NCBI RefSeq assembly: GCF_000015145.1
Contig: NC_008818.1
Coordinates: forward strand, 990,001-1,022,000
DNA length: 32,000 bases
Origin: Hyperthermus butylicus DSM 5456
GTDB lineage: Archaea; Thermoproteota; Thermoprotei_A; Sulfolobales; Pyrodictiaceae
Direction: 5' to 3'
The position numbers and the translations under genes were made by a program. Below are positions 31,408 through 32,000 of the stretch, piece after piece. The notes under the pieces are model-generated. The model was not told the DNA's origin and ran no database searches. It saw only the letters and a program-made list of their open reading frames with translations. Numbering within the stretch: position 1 is the stretch's first letter; each line of letters begins with the position of its first letter.

Positions 31408-32000
31408 ATGGAGGAGATCTACGCCTGGCACATTAGGCTCCCAGAGCTGAGCCAGCTCGCCAGCTTCCTCATCCTCGGCTACCTCTTCGGCTACGTGCTC
31501 AACACCCCGAGCCACTACCGGCTAGGCTTCATAGCGTTCGGGCTAGCGTCGCTGCTAACGACTCTCTACCTGGTAAAGTTCCTGCCAAGGCTCGACGCCG
31601 AGGAAAGGATCAGCGTTGAGGGCTTCAAGTTCAGGGTTGACAGGGAGTTCAAGCTCATACTGCTAGTCGAGGCCCTAATAACCCTCGCATGGTCGCTAGC
31701 ACCGGAGATAGTACTCCTCAACTACATAGTAAACGTGTTGGGGCTAACACTGTTTGAGGCAATGCTCGTCGAGGCATTCATATCGCTAGGTGCAATCCTA
31801 GCAACATACATATCGAAGATGCTGGATCGCCACCACCGCTTCAAAGCCATGGCCATAGGCTATAGCCTCGTATCGCTATGGGCGCTAATAATGTCCCAGG
31901 GAGCACCGTTCCCCCTTGTACTCGCTGCACACTTCTGCAAGGCTTGGCGAGGTACTCGCCTTCCCATCTACCGTTCATGGATCCTATCAAAGATCCCAAG
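31408..32000 (+). CDS. Partial multi-pass membrane protein (MFS-transporter-like), open at the right edge, possibly frameshifted upstream
   Basis: Frame 1 from ATG 31408: MEEIYAWHIRLPELSQLASFLILGYLFGYVLNTPSHYRLGFIAFGLASLLTTLYLVKFLPRLDAEERISVEGFKFRVDREFKLILLVEALITLAWSLAPEIVLLNYIVNVLGLTLFEAMLVEAFISLGAILATYISKMLDRHHRFKAMAIGYSLVSLWALIMSQGAPFPLVL..., no stop before 32000. Confidence 0.6.
   Translation, partial: MEEIYAWHIRLPELSQLASFLILGYLFGYVLNTPSHYRLGFIAFGLASLLTTLYLVKFLPRLDAEERISVEGFKFRVDREFKLILLVEALITLAWSLAPEIVLLNYIVNVLGLTLFEAMLVEAFISLGAILATYISKMLDRHHRFKAMAIGYSLVSLWALIMSQGAPFPLVLAAHFCKAWRGTRLPIYRSWILSKIP

Noticed and set aside
31259-31450. + strand 63-aa ORF in frame 2
   Set aside because: Low-complexity Pro/Arg/Ser-rich translation; competing frames 1 and 3 look membrane-protein-like.

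Overview
This 32 kb window looks like a gene-dense crenarchaeal hyperthermophile chromosome (Desulfurococcales/Pyrodictiaceae-like by protein content; this placement is inference, no database was searched). Recognisable content, left to right: PduO-type cobalamin adenosyltransferase; 2-oxoacid:ferredoxin oxidoreductase alpha (frameshifted near 1201) and beta; RimI-like acetyltransferase; pyruvate kinase; small HTH protein; stand-alone Lrp/AsnC ligand-binding domain; DUF432-like protein (frameshifted near 7402); large pilin-like secreted protein; two tandem ribbon-helix-helix-like regulators; and a cell-envelope locus with a 1368-aa S-layer protein carrying four ETGxNTGxF modules, a coiled-coil/TM stalk protein resembling SlaB in architecture, and a 1420-aa subtilisin-like protease. 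Then come an ADP-forming acyl-CoA synthetase alpha subunit, PfpI/DJ-1, a PhoU-like protein and conserved hypotheticals. A redox block follows, with a tungsten aldehyde:ferredoxin oxidoreductase, an HdrD-like protein, and three family members that appear to lack canonical catalytic motifs (LplA-like, PDO/thioredoxin-like, TusA-like), plus a membrane protein. The best leads are: (1) the S-layer/stalk/protease locus with tandem regulators; (2) the AOR-associated block of motif-degenerate lipoate/Trx/TusA-like proteins; (3) an identical 14-nt sequence (AGGTGTAGCTCGGC) directly abutting two start codons 9.4 kb apart; (4) at least four apparent frameshifts, all at short homopolymers, most easily explained by sequencing error. 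No CRISPR array, rRNA or convincing tRNA was seen.
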